Source: Pseudomonadota bacterium
GTDB lineage: Bacteria; Pseudomonadota; Alphaproteobacteria; Sphingomonadales; Sphingomonadaceae
Assembly: GCA_021849075.1 (NCBI GenBank)
Contig: JAJZTH010000016.1
Span: 1,505-65,504, forward strand
Direction: 5' to 3'
Length of the DNA stretch: 64,000 nucleotides
A model generated the notes under the pieces. The model saw nothing but the letters and a program-made list of their open reading frames with translations, was not told the DNA's origin and did not search any database. Both the position numbers and the translations under genes were made by a program. This document shows positions 21,709 through 31,829 of the stretch, piece by piece (within the stretch, counting starts at the first letter, position 1; the number at the start of each line of letters is the position of its first letter).

Positions 21709-21888
21709 CTTGTGCTTCTCCATGGGGTTGGCGCGCCGCAGCGGGGCACGCGACTATTTTGTCGCCGGACATGGTGCGACCCGAAGGCCCGGCGTCAAAG
21801 ATAGCGATGAATTTCGGTATAAAAACCCCGCCGGGCCGGGGAGCGTCTGGCTCGACCCGGTCCGGCAGGCGCCTTTGCAGGTCTTTAC

Positions 21889-22452
21889 TTAGATCTTGCC
21901 GACCAGGTCGAGCGAAGGCGCCAGGGTGGCTTCGCCTTCTTCCCACTTGGCGGGGCAGACTTCGCCCGGGTGGCTGGCCCAGTACTGAAGCGCCTTCACC
22001 TTGCGGAGCAGTTCGGCTGCGTTGCGGCCCACGCCCTCGGGGGTGATTTCAACCAGCTGGATTACGCCTTCGGGATCGAGGACGAAGGTGCCACGGTCGG
22101 CCAGACCAACGCCTTCGCGCAGAACGCCGAACTGGTTGGAAATGTCGTGGTTCTGGTCGCCCAGCATATAATAGTTGATCTTGCCGATGGCCGGCGAGGT
22201 GTCGTGCCAAGCCTTGTGGCAGAAATGGGTGTCGGTCGACACCGAATAGACTTCCACATCCATGCCCTGCAGGGTCGGGTAGATGTCGGCCAGATCTTCC
22301 AGCTCGGTCGGGCAGACGAAGGTGAAGTCGGCCGGGTAGAAGAAGAAGACGGCCCACTTGCCCTTCACGTCGGCATCGGTGACGTCGACGAACTTGCCTT
22401 CCTTGTACGCGGTGGCCTTGAAAGGCTTGAGGGGGGTATTGATAAGAGCCAT
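21889..22452 (-). CDS. ahpC: Peroxiredoxin AhpC
   Basis: FYPADFTFVCPTE and GEVCPAKW. Confidence 0.98.
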   Translation of the reverse strand: MALINTPLKPFKATAYKEGKFVDVTDADVKGKWAVFFFYPADFTFVCPTELEDLADIYPTLQGMDVEVYSVSTDTHFCHKAWHDTSPAIGKINYYMLGDQNHDISNQFGVLREGVGLADRGTFVLDPEGVIQLVEITPEGVGRNAAELLRKVKALQYWASHPGEVCPAKWEEGEATLAPSLDLVGKI

Positions 22453-22524
22453 GGGCTGTCCAGTTCCTTGCTTAAGGGGTTGCTGTTGCCCGACCCATGT
22501 AGGGAAGCGATCGATTCGGGGGAA

Positions 22525-22561
22525 ATTGGTTTTCTCGGACGTGTTAAGTGAGAAAAACGAT
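22525..22561 (-). promoter_or_regulatory. OxyR-like binding site upstream of ahpC
   Basis: Minus strand ATCG-N7-CACT-N7-TCCG-N7-CAAT has the ATAG-N7-CTAT-N7-ATAG-N7-CTAT spacing but is degenerate. Confidence 0.6.
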
Positions 22562-22593
22562 CAATGGCCACCCGATTGATCGACCGCCTTATC

Positions 22594-23232
22594 CTATGTC
22601 TCCAGCGCCTGATGCATTGCCTTGTCCACCATCGCCTGTGCTTCTTCGGGCGAAAAGGCGGATCGGTCGAGGCATAGTTCCAGCCACAGACCATCGACCA
22701 ATGCGGTCAGGCTGATCGCGGCGATGCGGGCCTGCGCATCGGTCATGGCCGGGGCGGCGGCGCGCAGCAGCGCTTCGAGCTGGGCGCGCGATCCGCCATA
22801 AACGTCGGCATGAATGGCGGCGATCTGCAGATCGGACTTCACCAGGCTCCAGAAGGCGATCCAGGTGGCGAGCAGACCTGGATCGAGCACTGGTGGCGCA
22901 AAATTGGCGAGAAGGCAGGCGCGAAGCCGGTTGCGAGGATCATCGCCCGCCGCTTCCACAGCAGCGTCCAGCGCCGCCGACACCCGCGCGCCGACATCAT
23001 GATAGGTCGCCAGGATCAGCGCATCGACGCCGTCGAAATAATGGGTGAGCAGTCCGGAGGAGACGCCCGCACGGGCGCAGATGGCGCGTACCGATGTGCC
23101 GCCAACCCCCTTTTCCGCCAGGCACAATGCCGTCGCATCGATGAGCGCCTGTCGCCGCACATCGGCACTTTCCCTTACGAAACGCGCGCGTTCGCGTGGT
23201 CCGTTCACGCGACTCTCCAACTTCTGCTTCAT
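22594..23232 (-). CDS. TetR-family regulator (BetI-like)
   Basis: TSVRAICARAGVSSGLLTHYF HTH; C-terminal ALVDGLWLE. Confidence 0.9.
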   Translation of the reverse strand: MKQKLESRVNGPRERARFVRESADVRRQALIDATALCLAEKGVGGTSVRAICARAGVSSGLLTHYFDGVDALILATYHDVGARVSAALDAAVEAAGDDPRNRLRACLLANFAPPVLDPGLLATWIAFWSLVKSDLQIAAIHADVYGGSRAQLEALLRAAAPAMTDAQARIAAISLTALVDGLWLELCLDRSAFSPEEAQAMVDKAMHQALET

Positions 23233-23352
23233 GTTCAGTCCCCCTGCTTCCCTTTGGGCGCAGTCGCGGCGGCTGGCAAGAGAGGCTATTATGGGGATCG
23301 AACCGGCGGGCTGGCGGGTTGTGGTGGGGACTGTTACCGGATCAAGGAGAAT

Positions 23353-23817
23353 ATGGCGATGTTGCGTGCGATCGTGATGTCACTGGCTTTGCCGGCGTTG
23401 CTGGCCGGCTGCGCCAAGAGCGCCGACAATCAGGCTGCGGCCAATAACAGCGCGCAGCCGCCCGTTATCGAAAATGTCGATGACGCCGATTCCGCGCCGG
23501 TCCCCAATGCGGCGGCGGATGCGCGCCTGCCCACCGACGACTGGGTCGGGCGCTGGACCGGGCCGGAGGGGCTGTTTCTGGACATTCAACCCGCACCCGA
23601 TGGTCAGCGCGGCCATTATGCGCTGACCAACAAGGATAATCTGGATCGGCAGGGCGATTATCAGGGTGTTGCCGACGGGACGACGATCCGCTTCGTACGC
23701 GATGGCAAGGATTTGGCCATCCGTCCCGGCAAGGGGGCGGATACGGGCTTTAAATATCTGACCGACAAGCAGGATTGCCTGATCGTCGTGCCGGGGCAGG
23801 AAGGCTATTGCCGCTGA
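23353..23817 (+). CDS. Hypothetical lipoprotein
   Basis: AAGGAG RBS, lipobox LLAGC, WVGRWTGPEG domain. Confidence 0.8.
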   Translation: MAMLRAIVMSLALPALLAGCAKSADNQAAANNSAQPPVIENVDDADSAPVPNAAADARLPTDDWVGRWTGPEGLFLDIQPAPDGQRGHYALTNKDNLDRQGDYQGVADGTTIRFVRDGKDLAIRPGKGADTGFKYLTDKQDCLIVVPGQEGYCR

Positions 23818-23841
23818 TCCCTGCCCCGGTCACACGCGGGA

Positions 23842-25938
23842 TCACAGGGCGATGCCGGTTTCGATCAGTTGATCGGACGCGCCGCCGACGAACAGCCGGT
23901 AATCGCCATGCTCCAGCTGCCATGCATGGCGATCCGGGTTGCGCCAGCGCAGCGTGTCGATATCGACCGACAGCCGCACGATTCGCGCTTCGCCCGGCTC
24001 CAGCGCGACCCGATCGAAGGCGCGCAGCAGCTTGACCGGGCGTTCCGCTTCGCGACCGGGGCAGCCGATATAGAGTTGAACGACCTCCTGCGCGGCGACG
24101 TCGCCCTCATTCGTCACCGTCACCGCGACATCTATGGCATTACCGTTGCGATGCGCCTTGAGCGCGCGATAGCCAAACCGGCTGTAGGACAGGCCATGAC
24201 CAAAGGCATAGCGCGGGGTCAGCTCTTCGCGATCCAGCTTGGTGTAGCCATGCCAATAGCCATAATCGATCTGCGTCGCATCCCGATCAAAAAAGGGATA
24301 ATCGGCGGTGTCGCGCGCGACGGTGAAGGGCAGTTTGCCTGACGGGCTGACCGCGCCGAACAGCAATTTGGCGAAGGCGGTGCCGCCTTCCATCCCGGCA
24401 TAAAAGCCCATCAGAATCGCATTGGCGCGATCCCGCCAGCTTTCGACCATCACCGCCGATCCGGCGACGATGACGACCACGACCGGCTTGCCGCTGACGG
24501 CCGCAGCATGGATCAGCGCAATCTGATCGTCGGGCAGGTCGAGCGACACGCGATCGCCGCCGATCGGCGTGGGCGACAGGCTGGGCCGGGGGGAGGGGCC
24601 GCGATTCTGGTCGGCGCCAAGGGCGATGTCGCCCATGATATATTCGCCTTCCTCCTTGGCGGTGTAGCCGACCACCACGACCACAGCGTCAGCCTGCTCC
24701 GCCGCCCGCCGTGCGGCGTCCAGATCGCTTTCGTCGGCGTGCAGCACGGCGTCTTCGCCCAGCGCCCGGCGCAATCCTTCCAGATGGGTGACGACATAGG
24801 GCGGGCGCACCCGGCTGGAGCCATTGTCGCCGGTATTTTCCATCGCGGCGATCCGGCCCAGCAGGGCGATGCGCTTCACCCGGTCGGACGAGAAAGGCAG
24901 AACGCCGTCATTTTCCAGTAGCACGGCGCATTTTTCGGCCGCCTCCAGCGCCAGTGCGCGGTGATCGGCGCAGGCGATAAGGTCGGCGGGATAGGCGGGC
25001 AGCGGATCCTGCATGCGGGCGAAACGGATCTGCGTGCTCAGGATGCGGCGGCAGGCGCGATCCACCACATAGGGTTCGACCAGCCCGTCCTCGACCGCTG
25101 TCACCAGCTTTTCGCCCAATATCAGCGGTTCGGGATTTTCGATGTCGAGACCGGCCGACACGCCATAGACTTTGTACACGCCGCGCACCCAGTCGGAATG
25201 GACGAAGCCGTCAAATGTCCATTCGTCGCGCAATATGTCGGTCAGCAGCACGCGATCCTGCCCGCAATATTCGCCATTCACCTTGTTATAGGCGGTCATG
25301 ACCGATGCGATGCCGGCGTCCAGGCAATATTTGAAATGGGGCAGATAGACTTCGTGCAGCGTCCGTTCATCCGCCCGAACATCGACCTTGAACCGGGCAT
25401 TTTCCATGGAATTGAGGGCGAAATGCTTGACCGTGGCGATGATGTTGTGGGTCTGGATGCCGGTGCCCATCGCCGCGCCCATGACGCCCAGATGCCAGGG
25501 GTCTTCGCCATAGGTTTCCTGCGCGCGGCCCCAGGCGGGATGGCGCAACAGGTTGATGCAGACCGCGCCAGAGAAGTTGCAGCCCTGCGCGCGCGCCTCA
25601 ATCCCCATCGCTTCGCCGACGCGCAATTCCAGGTCGGCGTCGAAGGTTGCGCCGCGCGCCATGGTGCAGGGGAAACAGGTGGAGCCGGTGCGGGTGACGC
25701 CGCGCGGCCCATCGGTAAACAATAAAGGCGGGATGCCCAGCCGATCATTGCCGCTGCCCGCGCGATAGGGGCGGGCGCCCCAGACCCGGTCATCTTCCGC
25801 CAGCGCATCGAAGAAGCCATGGCCCGACATCATGTCGACCTTTTCCGCCAGCGTCAGTGCGTTCAGCAGGCTGTCGACATCGGCGTCTGCAAAGGCTGCG
25901 TTGGGAAGGGAAGCTATGTTGTCACTGGATTCGGCCAC
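23842..25938 (-). CDS. GH3 beta-glucosidase/xylosidase, no signal peptide
   Basis: TDGPRG, WGRAQETYGEDP, KHF, SDW nucleophile, SPSGKLP, FGHGLSY, Fn3-like C-terminus; GTG start after AGAGG. Confidence 0.93.
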   Translation of the reverse strand: MAESSDNIASLPNAAFADADVDSLLNALTLAEKVDMMSGHGFFDALAEDDRVWGARPYRAGSGNDRLGIPPLLFTDGPRGVTRTGSTCFPCTMARGATFDADLELRVGEAMGIEARAQGCNFSGAVCINLLRHPAWGRAQETYGEDPWHLGVMGAAMGTGIQTHNIIATVKHFALNSMENARFKVDVRADERTLHEVYLPHFKYCLDAGIASVMTAYNKVNGEYCGQDRVLLTDILRDEWTFDGFVHSDWVRGVYKVYGVSAGLDIENPEPLILGEKLVTAVEDGLVEPYVVDRACRRILSTQIRFARMQDPLPAYPADLIACADHRALALEAAEKCAVLLENDGVLPFSSDRVKRIALLGRIAAMENTGDNGSSRVRPPYVVTHLEGLRRALGEDAVLHADESDLDAARRAAEQADAVVVVVGYTAKEEGEYIMGDIALGADQNRGPSPRPSLSPTPIGGDRVSLDLPDDQIALIHAAAVSGKPVVVVIVAGSAVMVESWRDRANAILMGFYAGMEGGTAFAKLLFGAVSPSGKLPFTVARDTADYPFFDRDATQIDYGYWHGYTKLDREELTPRYAFGHGLSYSRFGYRALKAHRNGNAIDVAVTVTNEGDVAAQEVVQLYIGCPGREAERPVKLLRAFDRVALEPGEARIVRLSVDIDTLRWRNPDRHAWQLEHGDYRLFVGGASDQLIETGIAL

Positions 25939-25964
25939 GGGATATCCTCTGCCTCTACGGTTTC

Positions 25965-25979
25965 GGTTAGCGCTAAACC
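25965..25979. promoter_or_regulatory. LacI-type operator 1
   Basis: GGTTAGCGCTAAACC near-palindrome with central CG, just upstream of the GH3 gene. Confidence 0.7.
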
Positions 25980-26101
25980 AAATGCGCTTCCTTGTCGAGT
26001 GGATTGCTGTTTCCTTTGCGCAACAAGGAGACAATATTCTTCATCGTGCAAAAGATTCCGCAATTGACAAATTGTCTGGAGGGTCTAACAAGAGTGCAGA
26101 A

Positions 26102-26114
26102 GTTTAGCGCTATT
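26102..26114. promoter_or_regulatory. LacI-type operator 2
   Basis: GTTTAGCGCTATT downstream of TTGACA (26064), upstream of the TonB receptor. Confidence 0.65.
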
Positions 26115-26193
26115 CCAGCGACTGGACCGGGGAGAGGAGAGGCTGTAGAGCCATATCTTCCCTCGCTTCTGCGCTGGCTGGGAGGAGGAAAAA

Positions 26194-28632
26194 ATGAACA
26201 AGATCCAAAATTACCGCCGTATCGCGACGGCCAGTGCGATGGTGAGCGCGGTCGCCATGATCGCCGCCACATCCGGGGCATGGGCGCAGGACGCCGCCGC
26301 TGTTGCCGATGCCGGCGTGCAGGCCGCGCCGCAGGAAACCGACGCAGCGGTTCCGGGCGAGATCGTCGTCACCGCACAGAAGCGCGCCGAACGTCTGGTT
26401 CAGGTGCCGCTGGCCGTGACCGCCGTGACCGGGGAATCGCTGGTCAACAATCAGATCAACGACACCAACAGCCTGACCCGCGCGGTTCCCTCGCTCACCT
26501 TTCAGGCGGGCAATAACCCCGGCAATAACGGCTTCCGCATCCGTGGCGTCGGGACCCAACTGTTCAGTTTCGGCGTGGAATCGGCCGTTTCGGTCGTGGT
26601 CGATGGCGTTGTCGCGCCGCGTCAGGCGCAGGGCTTTTCCGACCTTGCCGATCTGGAGAGGGTCGAAGTGCTGCGCGGCCCGCAGGGCACGTTGTTCGGC
26701 AAGAATTCGACCGCCGGCGTTATCAACATCGTTACGCAGCGCCCGTCCGACACGTTTGAAGGCCGGATCGAAGGCACAGTGGCCGAACAGGACGAATATC
26801 GCGTAAAGGGCACCGTTTCCGGCCCGATCAGCGACACGCTCAAGGCGCGCGTCAGCGGCTATTATAATGATGTCGGCGGCTATCTGAACAATGTCGCCAC
26901 CGGCAACGACACCAATGGCTACAAGAGCTGGGGCATCCGCGGCAAGCTGGACTGGGATGCGACGCCCAACCTCAACCTGCTGCTGACCGGCGACTATCGC
27001 GAAAATGACGCGAAATGCTGTTCGCGCGTGCCGGTCAAGATCGTGACCCCCGCGATGCAGACCTTGCTGGGTCCCGATGTCGTCGCGACGCCGGAAAACC
27101 GCAACGTCTCCAACGATGATATGAGCTTCTTCAAGACGAAGACGACGATCGTGTCGTTGCAGGCGGACTGGGATCTGGGTCCTGCGACCGTCACCTCCAT
27201 CACCGCCTTCCAGCGCTATGACCAGCGCGATCGTTTCGAGCCGGATCAGATCGCGTCCGACCCGCTGCGTTATGTCGGCGCCTTCCCCTATTCGCAGTGG
27301 AACGACAACGGATCACACGTCAGCTACAATAATTATTCCGAAGAGTTGCGGATCGGGTCCAACGGCAATCAGGATCTGACCTATGTCGCGGGCGTCTTCT
27401 ATTCGCACCTCGACCTTGACCGCAGCTATAATCGCCGTCGCCTGCGCTGTGGCAGCGGCACGATCGGCGCGACCTGCGCTGTCACGCCGACGGCCGATTC
27501 CTCGGGCTTCGACGGCAATTTCAAGAGCGACAATGTCTCCGTCTTCGGCCAGGTCGACTGGCGCGTGGCCGGCGGGCTGCATGTCATCGGCGGCCTGCGC
27601 AACAGCTATGAAAAGCAGACCGTTACCGGCTCTGTGGTCGGCCCGCTGGTCGCCGGCGACAATCTGTTCCCCGGCACCGTCCTCAACGCCGGCACCCGCT
27701 CGCGCAGCGACTGGGCGCTGACCGGCAAGGGCGGCCTGCGCTATGAATTCAACCGCAACCTTCAGGTTTACGGGTCCTACACCCGCGGTTATAAAGCGTT
27801 CGCGCTCGACATCGACGTGTCCACCAACTTCGCGACCCAGAACGGCATCGCGCCCGAACATGTCAACGCCTATGAACTGGGCGCCAAGTGGCAGGCGCCC
27901 GGCGGCGTGTTCGACATCAGCGCCGCGCTGTTCCGGTCGGACTTCCGCAATCTTCAGGTCCAGTCGCTCGTCACCGACGTCGCATTGGGCACCTTCATCA
28001 CGGTGCTGGGCAATGCCGGCAAGTCGCGCTCGCAGGGTTTCGAGGTGGAAGCCAATATCCGTCCGTCGCGTGAATTCTCGGTCGCGGCCAACTTCACCCT
28101 GATCGATGCGAATATCGACGTGCCGGGTCAGAGCTGCCCGATCCAGTTGCAGACCGGCGTCGCCGCCTACAGCAGCAATTTCCCGGTCAACCAATGCTAT
28201 ATCCGTAGCACTACGGTGAATGGCGTCACCACCAACAGCAGCCCGATCATCGATGTGACCGGTGGTCAGTTGCCCGCCACGCCGCGCTATCGGGTGGGTG
28301 TGACGCCGCGGTACGAGCGGGAATTCGGCAATCTGGCTGGCTTCGTGCAGGTCGCGCTCAACTATCAGAGCGACACCAGCTTCGCGCTCAACCAGGACCC
28401 CATGCTCAAGCAGGACGGCTATGCCATCGTCGACGCCAGCGTGGGCATTCGCGATGCGGACAGCCGCTGGAACCTGACCCTGTTCGTGCGCAACCTGTTC
28501 GACCAGAATTACTATACCCAGCTCAACCACGGCACGATCCTGGCGAACACCACCAACGCCTATGATCTGTGGGCCAATGTCAACAAGGATGCCGACCGTT
28601 ACTTCGGTGCGACCTTCGGGGTTCGCTTTTAA
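26194..28632 (+). CDS. TonB-dependent receptor
   Basis: EIVVTAQKR TonB box, ERVEVLRGPQGTLFGKN, C-terminal RF. Confidence 0.95.
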   Translation: MNKIQNYRRIATASAMVSAVAMIAATSGAWAQDAAAVADAGVQAAPQETDAAVPGEIVVTAQKRAERLVQVPLAVTAVTGESLVNNQINDTNSLTRAVPSLTFQAGNNPGNNGFRIRGVGTQLFSFGVESAVSVVVDGVVAPRQAQGFSDLADLERVEVLRGPQGTLFGKNSTAGVINIVTQRPSDTFEGRIEGTVAEQDEYRVKGTVSGPISDTLKARVSGYYNDVGGYLNNVATGNDTNGYKSWGIRGKLDWDATPNLNLLLTGDYRENDAKCCSRVPVKIVTPAMQTLLGPDVVATPENRNVSNDDMSFFKTKTTIVSLQADWDLGPATVTSITAFQRYDQRDRFEPDQIASDPLRYVGAFPYSQWNDNGSHVSYNNYSEELRIGSNGNQDLTYVAGVFYSHLDLDRSYNRRRLRCGSGTIGATCAVTPTADSSGFDGNFKSDNVSVFGQVDWRVAGGLHVIGGLRNSYEKQTVTGSVVGPLVAGDNLFPGTVLNAGTRSRSDWALTGKGGLRYEFNRNLQVYGSYTRGYKAFALDIDVSTNFATQNGIAPEHVNAYELGAKWQAPGGVFDISAALFRSDFRNLQVQSLVTDVALGTFITVLGNAGKSRSQGFEVEANIRPSREFSVAANFTLIDANIDVPGQSCPIQLQTGVAAYSSNFPVNQCYIRSTTVNGVTTNSSPIIDVTGGQLPATPRYRVGVTPRYEREFGNLAGFVQVALNYQSDTSFALNQDPMLKQDGYAIVDASVGIRDADSRWNLTLFVRNLFDQNYYTQLNHGTILANTTNAYDLWANVNKDADRYFGATFGVRF

Positions 28633-28646
28633 AATCGCACCGACCC

Positions 28647-28690
28647 ATCCCCCCGGCCGCCATGCCCTGTGGCCGGGGGGATCGCCTTTT
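28647..28690 (+). terminator. Hairpin/intrinsic terminator after the receptor
   Basis: atccccccggcc...ggccggggggat followed by a T run. Confidence 0.6.
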
Positions 28691-28712
28691 CTGATCGTTT
28701 GAAAGGATCCGC

Positions 28713-30430
28713 ATGACCGTAAAGCGCCTTTTTTCCCTGCTCGCAGGCATGACGGCGCTGGCGGGCTTCAATTCTGCGGCGCTGGCGAAGCCCGCATCCC
28801 ATCCGCAGCCCAATATCGTGCTGATCGTGATGGACGATACCGGCTATTCGGATTTTGGCGCGTTCGGATCGGAAATCCGCACCCCTAATATCGATGCGCT
28901 GGCGGCCGGCGGGTTGCGCTACACCCGGTTCGAAAGCCGGGCCATATGTTCGCCCACGCGCGCATCTCTGCTGACCGGGCGCAACAATCACAGCATCGGC
29001 ATGGCGGACCTGACCGCTACGAAGCTGAGCGGTGGCGGGACCGGCAAGGATTCGGGCATATTGGCCGCCAATGCGCAGACTTTGCCGCAGGCATTGCGCG
29101 CCAAGGGATACGCCACCTACGCCATCGGCAAATGGCATCTGGCCCCCGATACGGAGGATGGCGCGGCCGGTAATAACGGCAACTGGCCGTTGCAGCGCGG
29201 CTTCGACTATTTTTACGGCTTCCTGCCCGGCTGGGACGATCAATATCAGCCCACGCTGGCGGAAGATAATCGGGTGATCGGCAAGCCGACCGATCCGGCC
29301 TATCATTTCTCCCGCGCGATCGTGGACAAGGCGGTGGAAAAGCTGAACGGCAGCGGCGACAAGCCGGCCTTTCTCTATCTCGCCTTTGGCGCGACCCATG
29401 CGCCGATTCAGGTGCCGGCCGCCTATATTGATCGTTATGCCGGCATTTATGAACAGGGCTGGGATGCGATCCGCGCCGAACGGCTGGCGCGGCAGAAGCG
29501 GCTGGGCATCGTGCCCGCCGACACCATGCTGCCGCCCGCCAATCCGGGCGATCGCGCCTGGGCCAGCCTGAACCCGGTCGAAAAGCAGGTCTATGCCCGT
29601 TATATGGCGACCTATGCCGGTTTTCTGGAGCATGCCGACGAACAGATTGGCCGCCTGATCCAGAGCCTGAAGGCCAGTGGCCGATACGACAATACGCTGT
29701 TCATCCTGCTGTCGGACAATGGCGCCGGGTCGGAAGGCGGGGCGCTTTTGGCAAACTTTATCCGCCCAATCATCCCGATCCCGCCGGTCTGGTCGACAAG
29801 CTGCCGCAATTCGGTAAGGCGCTGATCGAATATCAGCGCCCCTGGGCGATGGCGAGCGTGTCGCCGCTGCGCCGGTACAAGGCATGGCCCTATGCCGGCG
29901 GCATTCGCACACCGATGATCGTCAGCTGGCCGGGCCATATCGCCGATCCGGGCGGCATTCGACGCCAGTTTGTCGACGCGATCGACATTGCGCCGACGCT
30001 GGCGCAGGCGGCCGGCGCGTCCTTCGCAACGCAGGTGGATGGCCAGCGCCAGATCCCGGTTGCGGGGCGCAGCTTTGCCGGCACCATCGCTTCTGCCGCA
30101 GCGCCCGATCCGCGCGCCGTGCAATATTTCGAACTGCGCGGCAATCGCGCGATCCGGCAGGGCCGTTGGCGCGCCGTGTCGGTCCATAAGCTTGGCCAGT
30201 CCTTCGACGCGGACACATGGTCGCTGTTCGACACCGATCGCGATTTTGCCGAAGCTGATGATGTCGCCGCGCAGCACCCGGCGGTCGTCGCGCGCCTGAA
30301 GGCGCTGTGGCAGCAGGAGGCCGCCCGTTATGGCGCCTTGCCGCTCAGCGAAGGACCGGACTATGTTCGCAAGCTTGATCGCTATCGCGACGAATTTCTC
30401 GCTGCCGGTGACGATGGAAACGGCAATTGA
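28713..30430 (+). pseudogene. Arylsulfatase with a frameshift near 29740 (pseudogene or sequencing error)
   Basis: N-part has a signal peptide, DDTG, CSPTRASLLTGR, GKWHL and SDNG; the -1 frame from ~29741 reads GAFGKLYPP...PWAMASVSPLRRYK...GGIRTP to the stop at 30430. Confidence 0.88.
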
Positions 30431-31812
30431 TGGGGATGATGCGTTACCTGTTCGGTTTGCTGGGCGTCGTGGCCGCGCTCGCCACGCCGGTTGCGCTCGC
30501 AGCGCCGGCCAAGCCGCGCGTCATCGTCCTCACCGACATCGGCAATGAACCCGACGACAGCGAAAGCTTGGTCCGCTTCCTGCTCTATGCGAATGAATTT
30601 GACGTAGAGGGGCTGGTCGCCACCACCTCAACCTGGCAGCGGGACAAGGTTCGCACCGACCTCATCACCCAGCGGATCGACGCTTATGAGACAGTGCGCC
30701 CCAATCTGATCCGTCATGCGCCGGGCTATCCCACGGCGGCGGCGCTGCGTGGCGTGGTGCGCGCGGGTGCGGCGCACTATGGCATGGCGGGCGTGGGCGA
30801 TGGCAAGGATAGCGATGCGTCCCGCCTGATCATCGCCGCAGTAGATCGGGCTGACGACCGGCCGGTCTGGGTGCTGGCCTGGGGCGGGGTGGTCGATCTG
30901 GCGCAGGCGCTCTGGTCGGTGCGCGCCACCCGCACGCCCGAACAGCTGGCCGCCTTCCTCGCCAAGCTGCGCGTCTATTCCATTTCCGATCAGGATAATG
31001 CCGGGCCATGGGCGCGGCATGAATTTCCGGGGCTATTCTGGATCGCCAGCATTCATGGCTGGGGCCAGTACAACATGGCGACATGGAGCGGGATTTCGAG
31101 CGACCGGCGTAATGCCGATCGCTGGCCCGATCGGGACATGGTGCTCGACCCCTGGCTGGAGGCGAACATAAGGCGCGGGCCGCTGGGCCAGCTGTATCCG
31201 CTACCCGAATTCATCATGGAAGGGGATACGCCCGCCTTCCTTCACCTGATCCCCAATGGCCTTGGCGATCCCGAACGGCCCGACTGGGGCGGTTGGGGCG
31301 GGCGTTATATGCGCGCCGCGCCCGATATGGGGCTGTTCACCGACGTAAAGGACAGTTTCGAACGGGACGGGACCGTGTGGAACGGCAACCAGGCGTCGGT
31401 CTATCGCTGGCGCGCCGCCTTCCAGAATGATTTCGCCGCGCGCATGGCATGGACCTTGTCCCCCCGTTATCGCGACGCCAATCATGCGCCTACGGTTATG
31501 GTTCAGGGGCAGGGCGGTCTGGACCCCATCCATATCACTGCGCGCGCCGGCGCGGTGCTGACGCTGGACGCCGCCGGCACGCGCGATCCCGACGGCAACG
31601 CCGTACAACTCCGCTGGTGGCAATATCGCGAAGTGGGCGGCATTCCGCCCCAGCCGCCCGTCACCATTGAAAGCCCCGATGCGCTGCGCACCCGCATCAC
31701 CCTGCCGCAGGTCGCCGCGCCCCGCACCATCCATCTGATCGCGCAGGCGCGTGACGATGGCGCCCCCGCCTTGACCGGCTATCGCCGGATCATCATCGAT
31801 ATTCAGCCCTGA
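30430..31812 (+). CDS. Secreted DUF1593 (nucleoside hydrolase-like) protein
   Basis: Signal peptide, VLTDIGNEPDDSESLVRFLLYANE, DQD, MEGDTP, WGGWGGRY, C-terminal Ig-like domain. Confidence 0.85.
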   Translation: MGMMRYLFGLLGVVAALATPVALAAPAKPRVIVLTDIGNEPDDSESLVRFLLYANEFDVEGLVATTSTWQRDKVRTDLITQRIDAYETVRPNLIRHAPGYPTAAALRGVVRAGAAHYGMAGVGDGKDSDASRLIIAAVDRADDRPVWVLAWGGVVDLAQALWSVRATRTPEQLAAFLAKLRVYSISDQDNAGPWARHEFPGLFWIASIHGWGQYNMATWSGISSDRRNADRWPDRDMVLDPWLEANIRRGPLGQLYPLPEFIMEGDTPAFLHLIPNGLGDPERPDWGGWGGRYMRAAPDMGLFTDVKDSFERDGTVWNGNQASVYRWRAAFQNDFAARMAWTLSPRYRDANHAPTVMVQGQGGLDPIHITARAGAVLTLDAAGTRDPDGNAVQLRWWQYREVGGIPPQPPVTIESPDALRTRITLPQVAAPRTIHLIAQARDDGAPALTGYRRIIIDIQP

Positions 31813-31829
31813 ACAGCACGGGAAGACAG

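Noticed and set aside
29735..29765. Programmed -1 frameshift in the arylsulfatase
   Set aside because: No canonical X XXY YYZ slippery heptamer in frame; an indel is the simpler explanation.
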